A stretch of DNA of 33,314 nucleotides, taken from Basidiobolus ranarum. Lineage: Eukaryota. Positions 20,001-32,400 of this stretch are shown here, in pieces. The stretch spans positions 1-33,314 of the forward strand of contig JASJQH010000076.1 of NCBI GenBank assembly GCA_040143965.1. The letters are read 5' to 3'. Both the position numbers and the translations under genes were made by a program. The notes beneath the pieces were generated by a model, which was not told the origin of the DNA, made no database searches, and saw only the letters and a program-made list of their open reading frames with translations. The number at the start of each line of letters is the position of its first letter. Within the stretch, counting starts at the first letter, position 1.

Positions 20001-20552
20001 TCATCTTCGTCGTACGGTATAGAAGCGAATAAACCAGTCTCATTATCTGGATCTTGAAATCTTTCTTCATCTTCTTCTTCTTTCTGCTGCTGTAGTTTAG
20101 CGGCATCGGCGCTAATTGAACAATAAAATCATATTAGAAAAATACATATTCAAAAGAATGTGGTCTTGCGAAATCAACACACCTAGGTGCCAATCTTCGC
20201 CTCCCTATGACTACTTTAGTTTAGAAAATACTCGAAAAGATATATAAGGAATCTTGGTTGATGCATATATACATAACATAATGATCGCGAAAATGTATAA
20301 AGAATAGAAACTAAAGTGAAATATTTAATTGATCCGTGAAAATATATACCTTGCATCTGGTGTAGGTCCTTCTCTAGCTGGACCGATATCTGAACGCGTT
20401 GTGAAGCCTGTGGCACTATATAAGAAAAATAAAATTAAACACCAGTATAAAATCCGCTTTATCAACACGTAATATACGTACCCTCTGCCTAAACCGGCAA
20501 CATAATTCGGTGGAGCTGGTTTACCCAAGAAATCTTTGGTAGCTTGAAACAT
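17092..20552 (-). CDS. PRP6: Pre-mRNA splicing factor Prp6 (U5-102K, HAT/TPR repeats), about 909 aa, 9 exons
   Basis: Exons 20552-20482, 20415-20350, 20111-19935, 19854-19678, 19586-19505, 19443-19336, 19282-19188, 19115-17306, 17235-17092 total 2730 nt in one frame. Motifs [97 protein letters not shown]. Confidence 0.97.
20156..20292 (-). other. Structured element in PRP6 intron 2: candidate 22-nt poison cassette exon (20204-20183) and/or H/ACA-type RNA
   Basis: 238-bp intron (longest in the window) with catag|GGAGGCGAAGATTGGCACCTAG|gtgtgt; hairpin 20200-20168; ANANNA (AAACUA) at 20222-20217 and ACA at 20161-20159. Confidence 0.4.
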
Positions 20553-20942
20553 GACTCCAAGGTAAAGAAGAAGAACGATAAATCAATTGTAAAGCATGAT
20601 ATATTTACATACAAAATTTTGTATAAAAAAGAATATTTTTTGTATTTCTCGCATAAAAATAAAAAAATTGTTTAAAATTTAGTTGGAATACCTCTAATTA
20701 ATAATTGGATTTAAAATATACAAACAATAGTTGCAAATATAAATGCACAGAACATCTAGGAATCATAAAACAATGTCTATCTGAGTCCGATAAAAGAGAA
20801 TTATGTGGCAGAGCAATCGTATCATTGACTCTCCACAATATATTAATACAGGTAATACCAATACATCGCAAGTTTGAAGTTCATTCATTATTGGTTGAAT
20901 CCAATTGTTCACTTTTTCATGAAATATGCCATTTAATTTACA

Positions 20943-20987
20943 ACGTCAGTTGACCAAGTCATACTTGACTGCGTAAAGTCACGTGTA
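20943..20987 (+). promoter_or_regulatory. ATG15 proximal promoter motifs (CRE half-site, inverted AGTCA/TGACT pair, GTCACGTG E-box)
   Basis: ACGTCA 20943-20948; AGTCA-tact-TGACT 20957-20970; GTCACGTG 20978-20985, 70 bp upstream of ATG 21055, within the 502-bp PRP6/ATG15 divergent region. Confidence 0.4.
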
Positions 20988-21054
20988 GTGATATCATTAT
21001 TGTGACCGTTATCACAACTTTATTAAGACGAAATTAGGTACTAACTTGCTGAAC

Positions 21055-22493
21055 ATGCTTTTCAAACGATTAATCATAGCGGTATTTTCTGTGGCAGGGA
21101 TACTCCTAACTCAGGCACAACAGCGTCAAACCGTCCTTACACCACCAAACAATGAAAATACCTTGCGTCTAAAGCACATATTTCATCAAGGGATTGTCAA
21201 TGACCAACTCTTTCGAAGACTTGATTTCCAAGAAGACGATGTATTCATGGCAGACTATGAGGATGAGGATTTGGAGATTTCAGACTATGGAGTACTTTCA
21301 GCCGCATCCACTTCTGTTACACTTAAAACAAAGTATGAGAATGTCCTTCGACCTGATAACAATTTCCAATATTTCAAAACCTTTGGGAGACATCCTCCAG
21401 TGACTACTTGGAAGAGAGAAGACATAGTAGTGCCTGATGTTACGGATAAAGACACTATTTTAAGTCTGGCAAAGATGACCCATAACTCGTATTTGTCGCC
21501 TAAGAAGAACAAGTGGTACGACATGGGAGACAGGTGGCAAAAAGTAACACACATGTAAATAGAACTTATTTATTCATCCAGTACTAACGGTTTTTTCAAG
21601 AATTCCTCCTTCGGATGGGAGAAAGATGGACTAAGAGGATACGTCTTCGGCAATGAGGCCAATACCACATTAGTATTGTCTATTAAAGGAACAAGTGCCG
21701 CGTTTTTGTGGATGGGAGATGGAGAAACATCTGCCAATGATAAAGTAAACGATAACCTATTATTTTCATGTTGTTGTGCTCGTGTAGATGCCACTTGGTC
21801 ACCAGTGTGCGATTGCTACATGGGTTCTAACATGTGTAATCAAACATGCGTTGAACAGAGCTTAACAGGCGACACCGTTTACTATAACGCGGCGTCTGTA
21901 AGTAGCTACTAAATCCACTACTTTCATAGGAAATTTATTTACAATCTGTAATTGCAGAAAATCTTCTTTAACGTAGCAGATATGTATCCCTCATCAAGCA
22001 TGTGGTTCACTGGGCACTCCCTAGGTGGTGCCGTCGCAGGACTTATTGGCCTGACATTCGGGATACCAACAGTGACATTTGAGGCACCTGGGGAACTAAT
22101 GGCAGCAAAACGTCTCCATCTTCCAATGCCTCCAGGCATTGACATGCAAGATATTCCTGTGTGGCATTTTGGGCACAATGCCGATCCAATTTATACTGGA
22201 TCATGTACAGTACGTATAATCTCCTTTCTAGTATGAGTTGATTATTGCTAACATCAACTGAATAGGGAGCTGCAAGTTCGTGCTATTTCGCTGGTTATGC
22301 TATGGAAAGTAAATGCCATACTGGTAAATCCTGTAGCTACGATGTGGTTTCTAAATATGGATGGAAGTCAGACATTAGATCACATCGAATTGATGATGTA
22401 ATTGAGAAGGTTTTGAAGCCTTGGGAAAACGTTACTTATTGCGAGCCAGACAAGGATTGTGTTGATTGTGGTCTCTGGAAATACGTAGATTAA
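21055..22493 (+). CDS. ATG15: Vacuolar/autophagy lipase Atg15 (class 3 lipase), about 421 aa, 4 exons
   Basis: Exons 21055-21543, 21601-21897, 21958-22209, 22266-22493. Motifs [66 protein letters not shown], nucleophile [52 protein letters not shown]. Confidence 0.95.
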
Positions 22494-23490
22494 TGCCAGT
22501 AGCTATGTTTATTTATTGATGCTTCTGGGCAAACGGCAAACGGCCTGTCACATTGTGATTTCTTTGTTAAATAATTCGTCTATCTATACAATAGCGTTGA
22601 CATTTGTGAATATTATCATGCCAAACTAAGGAAATAAAGACAACAAATGATCTCAATAGCTTTACACAAGCACTTAATGACTACCATTGCTTACTTACCG
22701 ACAGATATGAAGCACTGGAGCTGCATCCATTATCTCTCTAGGTTATAAAACCACAAGCACAGCTGATCTAACATATGATGTAGACATGTACTAGGTATGA
22801 AGCATATTGAGCCCAACGAGCGTCCTATTTGCATTTTCCACCAAGTGTAAATGAGATACGATTCAACATGCTCTCTTCAATCTGTTTATCCACTATGTGT
22901 ATGTTGAGAGTTTCCCCAGCAGTTGCCAAAGAAATTGGTTCAACGTTTCCCAAACAGTGGTCATTAGTTGAAATATTCGCCAGATTAGTCAACAAACTAT
23001 AAATTGGCTATAAAAAAACAAAGATTTTCTTTATTTATGGATACGAATTTAGCATTAATAGAAACGAGCATTCTAGAATGAATATATGCTAATCGGATGA
23101 CGCAACTGTGTGGATGTATTACTGTCAGGAGTGTGGGCAGAGAGAGCGTAGTGAATCAACCAATTTGAAATCATGATTATGGAATATTTGACGGCGGATG
23201 CGTAAGCCAGTATTTTACATTGCATCCTATTTTCTGACCCTATTCAGAATCGGAATACCCTGAATATAGACAACATAAATTATACTCCCTGAAAGGCTTG
23301 GTTCGCATTTTCAGTATAACGTATTGCTTTCTTTCTGAGTCAACCGCCGGCTTTCCACATTTTTTAAGTATTTTTTATAAAGCCATAAACCATCGGGAAT
23401 TGTGTTTCAAGTCGTGTGGAGAATCGATTTTGAGCTGGAAGCTGATATTGCAAAAAGGATTTAGTAACACGTCAATATCTCAAGCTCAAA

Positions 23491-26400
23491 ATGAAGATCA
23501 AAAAGAATCCTCCAAAAAAACTGGCACCAATGGTAATTTCATCAGCACAGGCGGTAAATTTCAATTGTTGGGTAATCCAGTTACTAACATATTCCTTTTG
23601 TTTCATGAATCATTTCCACAGCCACCTAAAATGAAGGAGTTGATTGAAGAATTATCTACTTTTAGTGACTCGGATCTAGCTACAAAACTCGATTCTATAA
23701 AGGAATGGCCTTACCCCCGAGGTGATTTGTATAACTGGATAATTGTATTAGATAGATTCGATCGTATTCTGGAGGATATATGTCGAGAGTACGATCTCAA
23801 GAACATTCAACAAAAAATCTTTTCGCAGCATACCTTCACTTTGCTGAAAGGAATTTTACGCTTTTCAAGACTACTTTTGGAGAATTGTACCAACAGAAAC
23901 ATCTATAATTCATATGAGGTTTGTTTTATCTTTATCAATGCTTACATCAATGTTATTGTCATTAAAATTCCCATTAGCATTTGAACGATTTGCTACATAC
24001 AAATGATTTGGTCATCTTAGAAACGACCTTACGCTTAATGCTACGCCCTGCCCAAAGATTAAGTAGTCAGCGTTCTCTCAGAGCTAGTTTCTCAGTCACA
24101 CAGGATAGAATTTTAACTTTAGCCCAAGGTTGGGGAACAAAAGATCATGGTCTAGAGTTCTTGCAATTGGGTTCAAGTGAGACGAAGATACCGGAAGATT
24201 TGACTTCATTATCTTATCAATTTTATCGCACTCTAAAACACAATGGCAATGCAGACGGAGATCCCCATTCTGAACCACCAGTAACTCCGACTCCATCCCA
24301 CAGACAAAAAGAGCCCAGTGCATCGAAACTCACTGAGGGATTGGTTGTTATTAACATTCCAAACTCTACCACTATACACAAAAGTGATCAAGAGGTGTTG
24401 GAGGAATTAGTGGATCAGTACCAAGTCCCCTCAAGTAAAGTTTTCTCTCTCTTCCACCGGATTCGACTCGCAAGAGGTCTAAATGATCCTGATGAGCGAA
24501 AGAAATTATTGATAATTCGAATTTTGGCTATTTCTATTATGGCACATGTGGTGACTGAACCGATCGCTCAAGCGAAACTTTTCCTTTACGAACCGGATTG
24601 CAGTTCACATTTAGCAGAGCTACTTCATCCGGATAACGACGTTCCATTTGACATTCAAACCGTAGCATTATACGCTATCGATGGAATCGGACGTTATCGG
24701 TCGAAGCTAACCGATATTCTAACAGCTATAAATGCTTCAGCAAATCACGGCATTTTAATGTATTTGTTACGTAAAGTATCCGTCAGTGTTGCTGCCGGCG
24801 AAACAAACTACCCTCAAGACTTTATCGATGCTCTTCTTTCCTTGATAGGATATATTATAACGACACAGAGCGGTGGAAATATGGTGATCACTGCTGGGAT
24901 TATTCCAGTACTCCTTTCAATTCTGGATAGCCGAGAAGCTCGACACATCAAAAGCGTTACTCGAGTTGTTGGCCTTCTCGACGGGATTGTGTATGGTTTT
25001 CCAAACTCTTTCACCACTTTCTGTGAGGCTAACGGGATCCGAGTGTTAGTAGATCGTATTCAAGACGAAGTTGCGCACTGTATGGAGATTAACCAAGAGT
25101 TTGAACTTTCTCCTGAAAAGCCATTCATTCCCAATGAAAGAACTTCCTTTGTCAAGTCCATGCTAAAGTTCATCTTGCATATGATGCAAACTTCCGGAAC
25201 TGCTGATGGTTTGAGAAATTTGGTCGATTCCACCTTTCCCCATTCACTTAAAATCATCCTCGAGCATCCCAAAATCTTTGGAAGTAGTATATTTGGCCTT
25301 GTGGTTAACATTATGGCCACTTTCATTCATAACGAGCCGACTTCCCTACCAATACTTCAAGAGGCCAAACTCCCTCAAGCCTTTTTGGAGACTATTATGA
25401 AGGATATTCCTAATTCCGCTGATGTTATTTCATCCATTCCCAATGCTTTTGGAGCTATCTGTCTTAATGGACCCGGACTTGATTCTTTTAAAGAATCTCG
25501 TCAAATCGAACAGTTTTTCAGTATTTTCACTTCAATCCAGCATTTGGATGCTCTACAAGATGGAGACGTCCCCGCTGTGCTCGGTACCTCGATTGACGAA
25601 TTGATCCGCCATCATCCTAGCCTGCAAGGTGCCGTAATGAGCTCTATCATCACAATGATCAACAGGATTGCTGAGATGGGGAAAGACCTAACTATAAATG
25701 GTGAGGCTGGTGGCGATTTTAGTCTTCAGTTCACTAAACCCTCAGAGGTTGTTGATGGGGATAGTAATCCTTCGCAAAGCCAAGATGCAGTTATGGCCGA
25801 TACTGCTAGTAAAAAATCAAGTGACAAAAAGGAGAATATAGTCGTAAACTTTATTGAAATATCGGCTAGATTTCTTGAGGGTCTATTCCAAAATGCCTCT
25901 CACTGTAAAGAGTTTCTCAAGATGGGAGGATTGGAGATTCTTTTGAAATTTTATTCTTTACCTACAGTTCCTTACGATTTCTCAACATCATCAGCATCCT
26001 ACTCTTTATCTCACCTCTTTCGTGTAATGAGTGAGGTGGATGCAAATTCTGTTGTAACTGCTATTTTAAGCGAGTTGCATCGATCACTAGAAGCGTCAAG
26101 TTCGTTCCTGAAGACCGAAAATAGTGATGGTATTATAGTCAACTATCTTTCTCTTGACCGTACTGATGTGAAGAAAGTCGATGAAGCGAATCGAGTGTTC
26201 CGTTCACTCGTCTCTCTGCACGGGTTTGTTGGATTATTGTCGGACATCTATTGTACACCCGTTTTCTCTCATAGTAAAAACATTGCCACTGTTATTGGTG
26301 CATTCACCGGGGAAACCGGAAGCCAGGTGGTTTCTATGTTAGGAGAACTTCATCGTACTTGTGTTTGGGAGAACATCATTCTTAAGAATACTGTGCCTAA

Positions 26401-29400
26401 GGAGTGGTACACAGTCAAAAAAAAGTCAAAGAAAGACGGGTCTGATCCTACAGGACAGATCTCCAATGAGAGAGACTCTACCCAAATTGGCGATACTCCT
26501 AGAAATGTTGATGATTATAGTGATGACATACCTAAAGTCAACAATGAGAGTGTAGAAGCCGAATTTGATGCAGCTGAATATCCCAAAGTCCAAAACACCA
26601 AGTATTTCAAATTCTTGGCATCCCAAATACCTACATGTCTTACTCCACTATTTCAGGGGTTATCAAAGATCCTTTCTACTCGCCGTGTAATGGAGCCTGC
26701 TCAAAAGATACTTGCGGTTCAACTGGCCAGTGATATTTCAAAGGTTGCCAAAGAACATCTTACATGGACTAGAGTTTTAAAACCAGAAGGAGTGTTTGAA
26801 ACTGAGCAATTTAGTTATTACACAGCAATGCTTGGTTTGCTCTCAGTTCTCTTCCTGGATGAACGTAATCAGATGTACCTCCAAGTTATGCTAGTATTGG
26901 AGTTTGTCAAATCTAACGGTCTGGAGTGTGTGTTTAATATTTTGAATCAGCTCTGGGCTTCTGCAAAATCCATTCATGCTCAAACCATCGAAAACGAAGA
27001 TCTAAGTATCAAGCAGAAATTGGTGCAGGTTCATGGAGCCATCGAAGTCACCCTCAATCTCTTCCAATTTTTATCTTCTGCCAAGCTACTACACGAATCT
27101 CCACATCTGTTGAATATGGTTTCCAAAGATAAGGACCGCAACCTTAACTCCTTTGATCCACACGTGTTTCTGGTGGAAATTCGAAGCAACATACTACCAG
27201 TTGTCGTCGACCTATTGCAGGATGACTATATAAAGCATAGCCCCTCAACCATTGTGAAATCTACTTTGCAGAATATTATTCAGATCTTGAAAGGGGAAGG
27301 TGAGCAAGATTCTAGACCCACCACTGGGGTTATTAAACCTACTATAACAAGTTCTGTCTTCAACCCACGGCCATTTGTTCCGGATGAAAACAAGATACAG
27401 CAGTTAATTGACATGGGCTTTCCTCGAGGAGCTGCAGAGATGGCACTTACTAGATGTATGAATCATGTTGGACGAGCTGCTGAGTATCTTCTCACACACC
27501 CGGAAGCTGTTGCAGTGTATTCGTCTGAAGGAGCTTCGACTAGTAGAGTCAGTGGTGGCTCTACTCAACCGGATGCAGTTAATATGGACGTTACAGAGGG
27601 TAGTCAAGGAGAAACCCCTGTCAATCCTGAAGTAATAGAAGGAGGTTCATCTTTGATGTCTACTGATGAGGTTATGGAGGAAGAAATAACTGCAACAGTA
27701 GTACCGGAGGTATCTGAATTGCCAGAGATTCCTGAAGTACCGAATGAAGAGGATTCCGGTACTACCAAAGAAGATGAGGACAAAGGAAAAGAAAGAGAAT
27801 TCACCATCTATCAGAAGTACAATGAGATGCGTCTCAATATGAAGACAAGCATTGTTTCTCGTAGTGTCGAACTTTTGAATAATTTGGAGGATATTGTTTT
27901 CGATGTTCGCGACCTTCTTGTCTTATCACTCAAAGATGAACAAGATAATATGTTGAATGATTTAATCAATCAAATTATTAACTTTGATCCACTCAATTCA
28001 GATGGTTTAGATGAGCGTACCATGGGTGTATATCTTCGTTTACTCGCACTACTTCTTAACGATGCAACGGCACAGTCGAAGGCAGTATTACACTCCGAAA
28101 AATACATACCCATGTTGATTAAAATGGTATCCCCAGAAACCCCTTATCAACCTTCTTCTATTCCTTCATGGGTTGCTCCTTCGCTGTTAGTAATTGAGGC
28201 TTGTATATCTCTTGCTGATGAGCCTAAGCCTGTGAAGCTTGAGTTTGATACCGCGGAAGTCAAATCTACCCAAACTGAGCCTGAAGCACTTGCCATCGAG
28301 GTATCTATCCCTGATCGTGAATCGTTGATGGAGGGATGCCTAAACTTGTTAGAGACGTCCATACCTCAAGATATTCATCATGCGGTACTTAGAATTCTAG
28401 TTCGTCTTACAAGAGACCATACTTTTGCGGTAAACTTTGCAAAATCTGGTAAGATACCACTACTTTTTACATCATACAAAGAGGGTACTGTTGGATTTCA
28501 AGGACAATCAGCATATACAATCATCATTTTAAGACATACTATCGAAAGTGCGCAAGTTTTGAAAAAAATGATGGAACAAAAGGTTGTGGCTTGGTTTACG
28601 CATCCCAGACCTCGGCTTGTTGATGTTAGTACATATATTCGAAATCTAGGCCCAGTAGCTTTGAGAGATTCGGAACAGTTCATGGAAGCTACCAAAGCAG
28701 TTTGTCGATTATCCAAATATGATCCCAAAGGTAGAAGTACCCAGATCACATTGTTTAAAAAAGAAGAGGAAAAGAACGAAGCTGCTACTGGTTCCAGCAG
28801 TAAGCAGGACACAAATCGTTCCGAAAACGAGGACATAGAGATGAATATCGATGCAAAGGAAACTTTGTTATCTTTATCAACTGTATCAGAAACCTTGATT
28901 CATTTTCTAATTGAGGAATTAATGTCTTTACGATTCAAGCCTTCCAAGCCGGATTCTGAATTAGATGTTGCTGTTGGTATGAATGTCGATCTTGCATCAG
29001 ATGGAGATGCCAATACTTCAACAAAGGAGAAATCTAGTCTACCAACTGAAGAAGATAAGATATTCGTGTATCGTTGTTTCTTGCTTCAGTGTCTTACCGA
29101 GCTTCTCGCATCGTATCCCCACTGTCAATCTGATGTCATGACCTACAACAGGGTGAAAAAGCATTCTAAAGAGCCTCATACACCGCAAAAAGAAAGTCAA
29201 ACTCCTCAAAAGCATCGATCAAGCTTTTTGAGTCATCTTTTGAATGATCTATTACCCTATAATGGTGTACACGATTCACAGGAAGTTTTAGACAATGAGA
29301 TAAGAAAGCAACATAAACAGACTACATGGGCTGCTTCGGTGATCACTACTCTCTGTACTAAAGAGGATGCTACCGATGATAAAGCGGTTCATAATAATCT

Positions 29401-32400
29401 ACTTCAAGTGAAGAAGTTTGTGCTTGATGCGATTGTTCGCTCGTTTAAAGACGCTATTGCTTCTTCCAGTCCTGCCGATATTAAATATGGCAGATTCTTG
29501 GCCTTGGCTGATTTATGCTTGAAAATCTTGTCCTCTAGGTCCAATTCTTCAGGTCTTGGAAGCAAAGCTAATGATACTCAATCATCTAATGTCGCCAGGA
29601 TGATGGTCGAGAAGAATTTCGTTACCCTTTTAACCAACGGACTGTCCGAAGTGGATCTTAATTACCCTTCTTCCAAAACGCTCACCAGTGCCCTTCTGAG
29701 ACCATTAGAGTTCTTGTCTAAAGTCGCCATTAAGATGGGAAAGCATTTCGAATCTTCAAATAAGCAAACTGCTAGTGATGAGGAAAGCTATTATTCCTAT
29801 GATGACCTAGACACCGGAGAAAGTGAACCCGAGGAAGCCCCTGATCTCTATCGAAACTCTTCTTTGGGGATGTTCGAGGGAGCTACCTCTCTTGACGAAG
29901 ATGAGGACGACGATATTGACACTCAAGATGAGGAAGACTTTGATGAAGGGGATTTCGATGAAATGTCGAGTGACGCAAGTGATGTTAGTGATGAGGACGA
30001 CGACGATATAGCCGATGACTCTAACGTTGACATGGAAATTGTCATTCATCCTTCCTATGGTAGTGAAGAGGGTGCTGAGGATGAACTCGACGACGACGAC
30101 GAAGATTTGGATGATGATAGAGATGCACGTGAAATGTCTTGGGAAGTCGACGAGGTAAATCATGTTCTTTCTGATGAGGATATCGATGAAGTAATTGACG
30201 ACAACGATGATCCACTCGATGGTGAAATCCACCTGGATGATGCAGAGCGAGACTTGATCTTTGGAGGTGATGACGACGATGACGATGATATTGAAGATGA
30301 CCTTGATGATGGTCAAGAGTTGGATCCTGAAATTACTCTTGATGACCAACTTGACGACGGATTCGGATTTGCTCTTGACCAGCACCGACCTTTTATGCAT
30401 GATGAAGAATTGTTTGGGGATGATATTCCTACCAGACAAAATCGTGCTATAGTTAATCTTGGAAATCGCCGACATGGTAGACATTTCCCTGTTAGAAGAA
30501 CTCTACTTGAGGTCGGGATGCATTCCGATTCATTTGACCTTCATCTGGCAGACAATGACCAAAATCGACTGTCCTATGCTGACGACTCAGACTTCCAATT
30601 GTTTGGACGTCTATCTAATCGTTTACCCTCAAGAGGATTTGATGGGTCTGCTCACCCGCTTCTCATTAACAACTTACCCAGCGCTAACCCAACTCTCGAT
30701 ATGACTAGAGGACGTGCTTCTCACGTATCTGATTGGCAGTCATTTGAGGATATGATCGGTGGTAGTGCTGTTCAATTATTGGAGCAATTACTCAACCGTA
30801 GTTCGAGAGGGTCAGGCTCCAATGTTTATCGAGTTGATGTCAGCAATAATTCCGCCGGATTTGGAGGTCCAGCAGCTGGGTTGGATCGCGCTTTAGGAGC
30901 CACAAATAATAGTAACAATAATGGTGGCTTGCATAGCGAGCCAGCTTCTTACGATCCTTTAAATGTGGTCAATGAGTTTGCTCCACAGGGAACTAGCGAG
31001 CGTTGGTACCAAGAATGTCGTATTCTATATGGGAATGTGATTTCCGAAAAAACCACCAGGTTGGTTAATTGTGTATTAAATGCTCTTATTCCAATTGCTT
31101 TAGAAGATCAGAATAAAGAGAAAGAGGCTATACCAGAGGAAGAAGTGGTGGTGGTGGATGAAGCAACAGCCGAGAACCCCAATGAGCCAATGGAACAGAC
31201 TCAAGATGCCACTCCTACTGTTGAATTGGCCGAAGTTAGCTCTGAGCCTGTCGCCCAAGATGCAGAGACATCTGTTATTGCATCAGACGTAACGCCTACT
31301 ATTCCAGAAGCTCCTGAAGTCGTAATAGAAAATACCGAATCGAATATCCAAGGCAATATTGATTCTTCCCTTGCTGTAGAAGCTCAAGAGCCAATGAATG
31401 TTGATGCTTCATCCTCGGAAATCTTACCCCGTACCACTGTAACTATAGATGGTAACACTGTAGATATTACCGACTCTGGGATTGATCCTACTTTCTTGGA
31501 AGCGTTGCCTGAAGATTTAAGGGCGGAGGTTTTGAATCAACATTTCCGTGAAAGACAACAGCAGCAGCAGGAAGCCCAAGAGCAAGAAGAGAATGACCTA
31601 CTGCAGGAGAATCAGCAACCCACTTTGGTACCCACGGCCGAATCTCAGATTAGTGCTGAATTTTTGGATGCTCTCCCACCAGATATCAGAGAAGAAGTCT
31701 TGGCGCAGGAAAGACTGGAACAGGAGAGACGTGAAAGACAAAGACAACTAGATGCTCAGCCGCCATCTGCCAATGATATGGATCCTGCTAGTTTCCTTGC
31801 ATCACTGGATCCTCAGCTTCGTGAAACTGTGTTGATGGAACAGGATGAAATGCTTCTTTCTACACTTCCTCCCTCTATTGTTGCTGAAGCCAATGCACTT
31901 CGTGATCGTTATAGTCGTCGTTACACACAAGCTGCTGCTCGAGTTAGACCCAGTGGTGATCAACCTACTACCACTTCTTCTAAGAAACAGCCAGTAGCGC
32001 GCGATGCAATCCAGCTCGTTGACAAGCCTGCACTTGCTAGTTTGATTCGTCTATTATTTTTACCTCAACCACCTGTTAAAAATACTCTTCATCGTATTTT
32101 ACTTAACCTTTGTGAAAATACCAAAACAAGAGGGGATATCCTTTTACTTCTAATATCAATTTTACAGGATGGTGGCAGTGATCTAGCTGCTGTTGATAAG
32201 AGCTTCGCTCAGATGACGTTGCGTACAAAAATCACCCCTCGCTCTGTATCGAAGTCCACGCCAAAAGGAAAAGGAGTCGCTCCACAATCATCACCTACCC
32301 ATTCAGGACAAGTTTTCACAGAAAATATTCCTAATCTAGTGGCTCAGCGTTGTCTAGAAGCATTGGCATACCTTGTAGGATACAATGAACAGGCTGTTCA

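Noticed and set aside
23298-23621. N-terminal extension of TOM1 suggested by ORF 23298..23984
   Set aside because: Read-through of 5' UTR and intron 1 from a TTG; the spliced start MKIKKNPPKKLAPM-PPK at 23491 fits the family and has good splice sites.
29807-30484. 225-aa hydrophobic minus-strand ORF
   Set aside because: Antisense shadow of the Tom1 acidic tract (GAT/GAC read as ATC/GTC).
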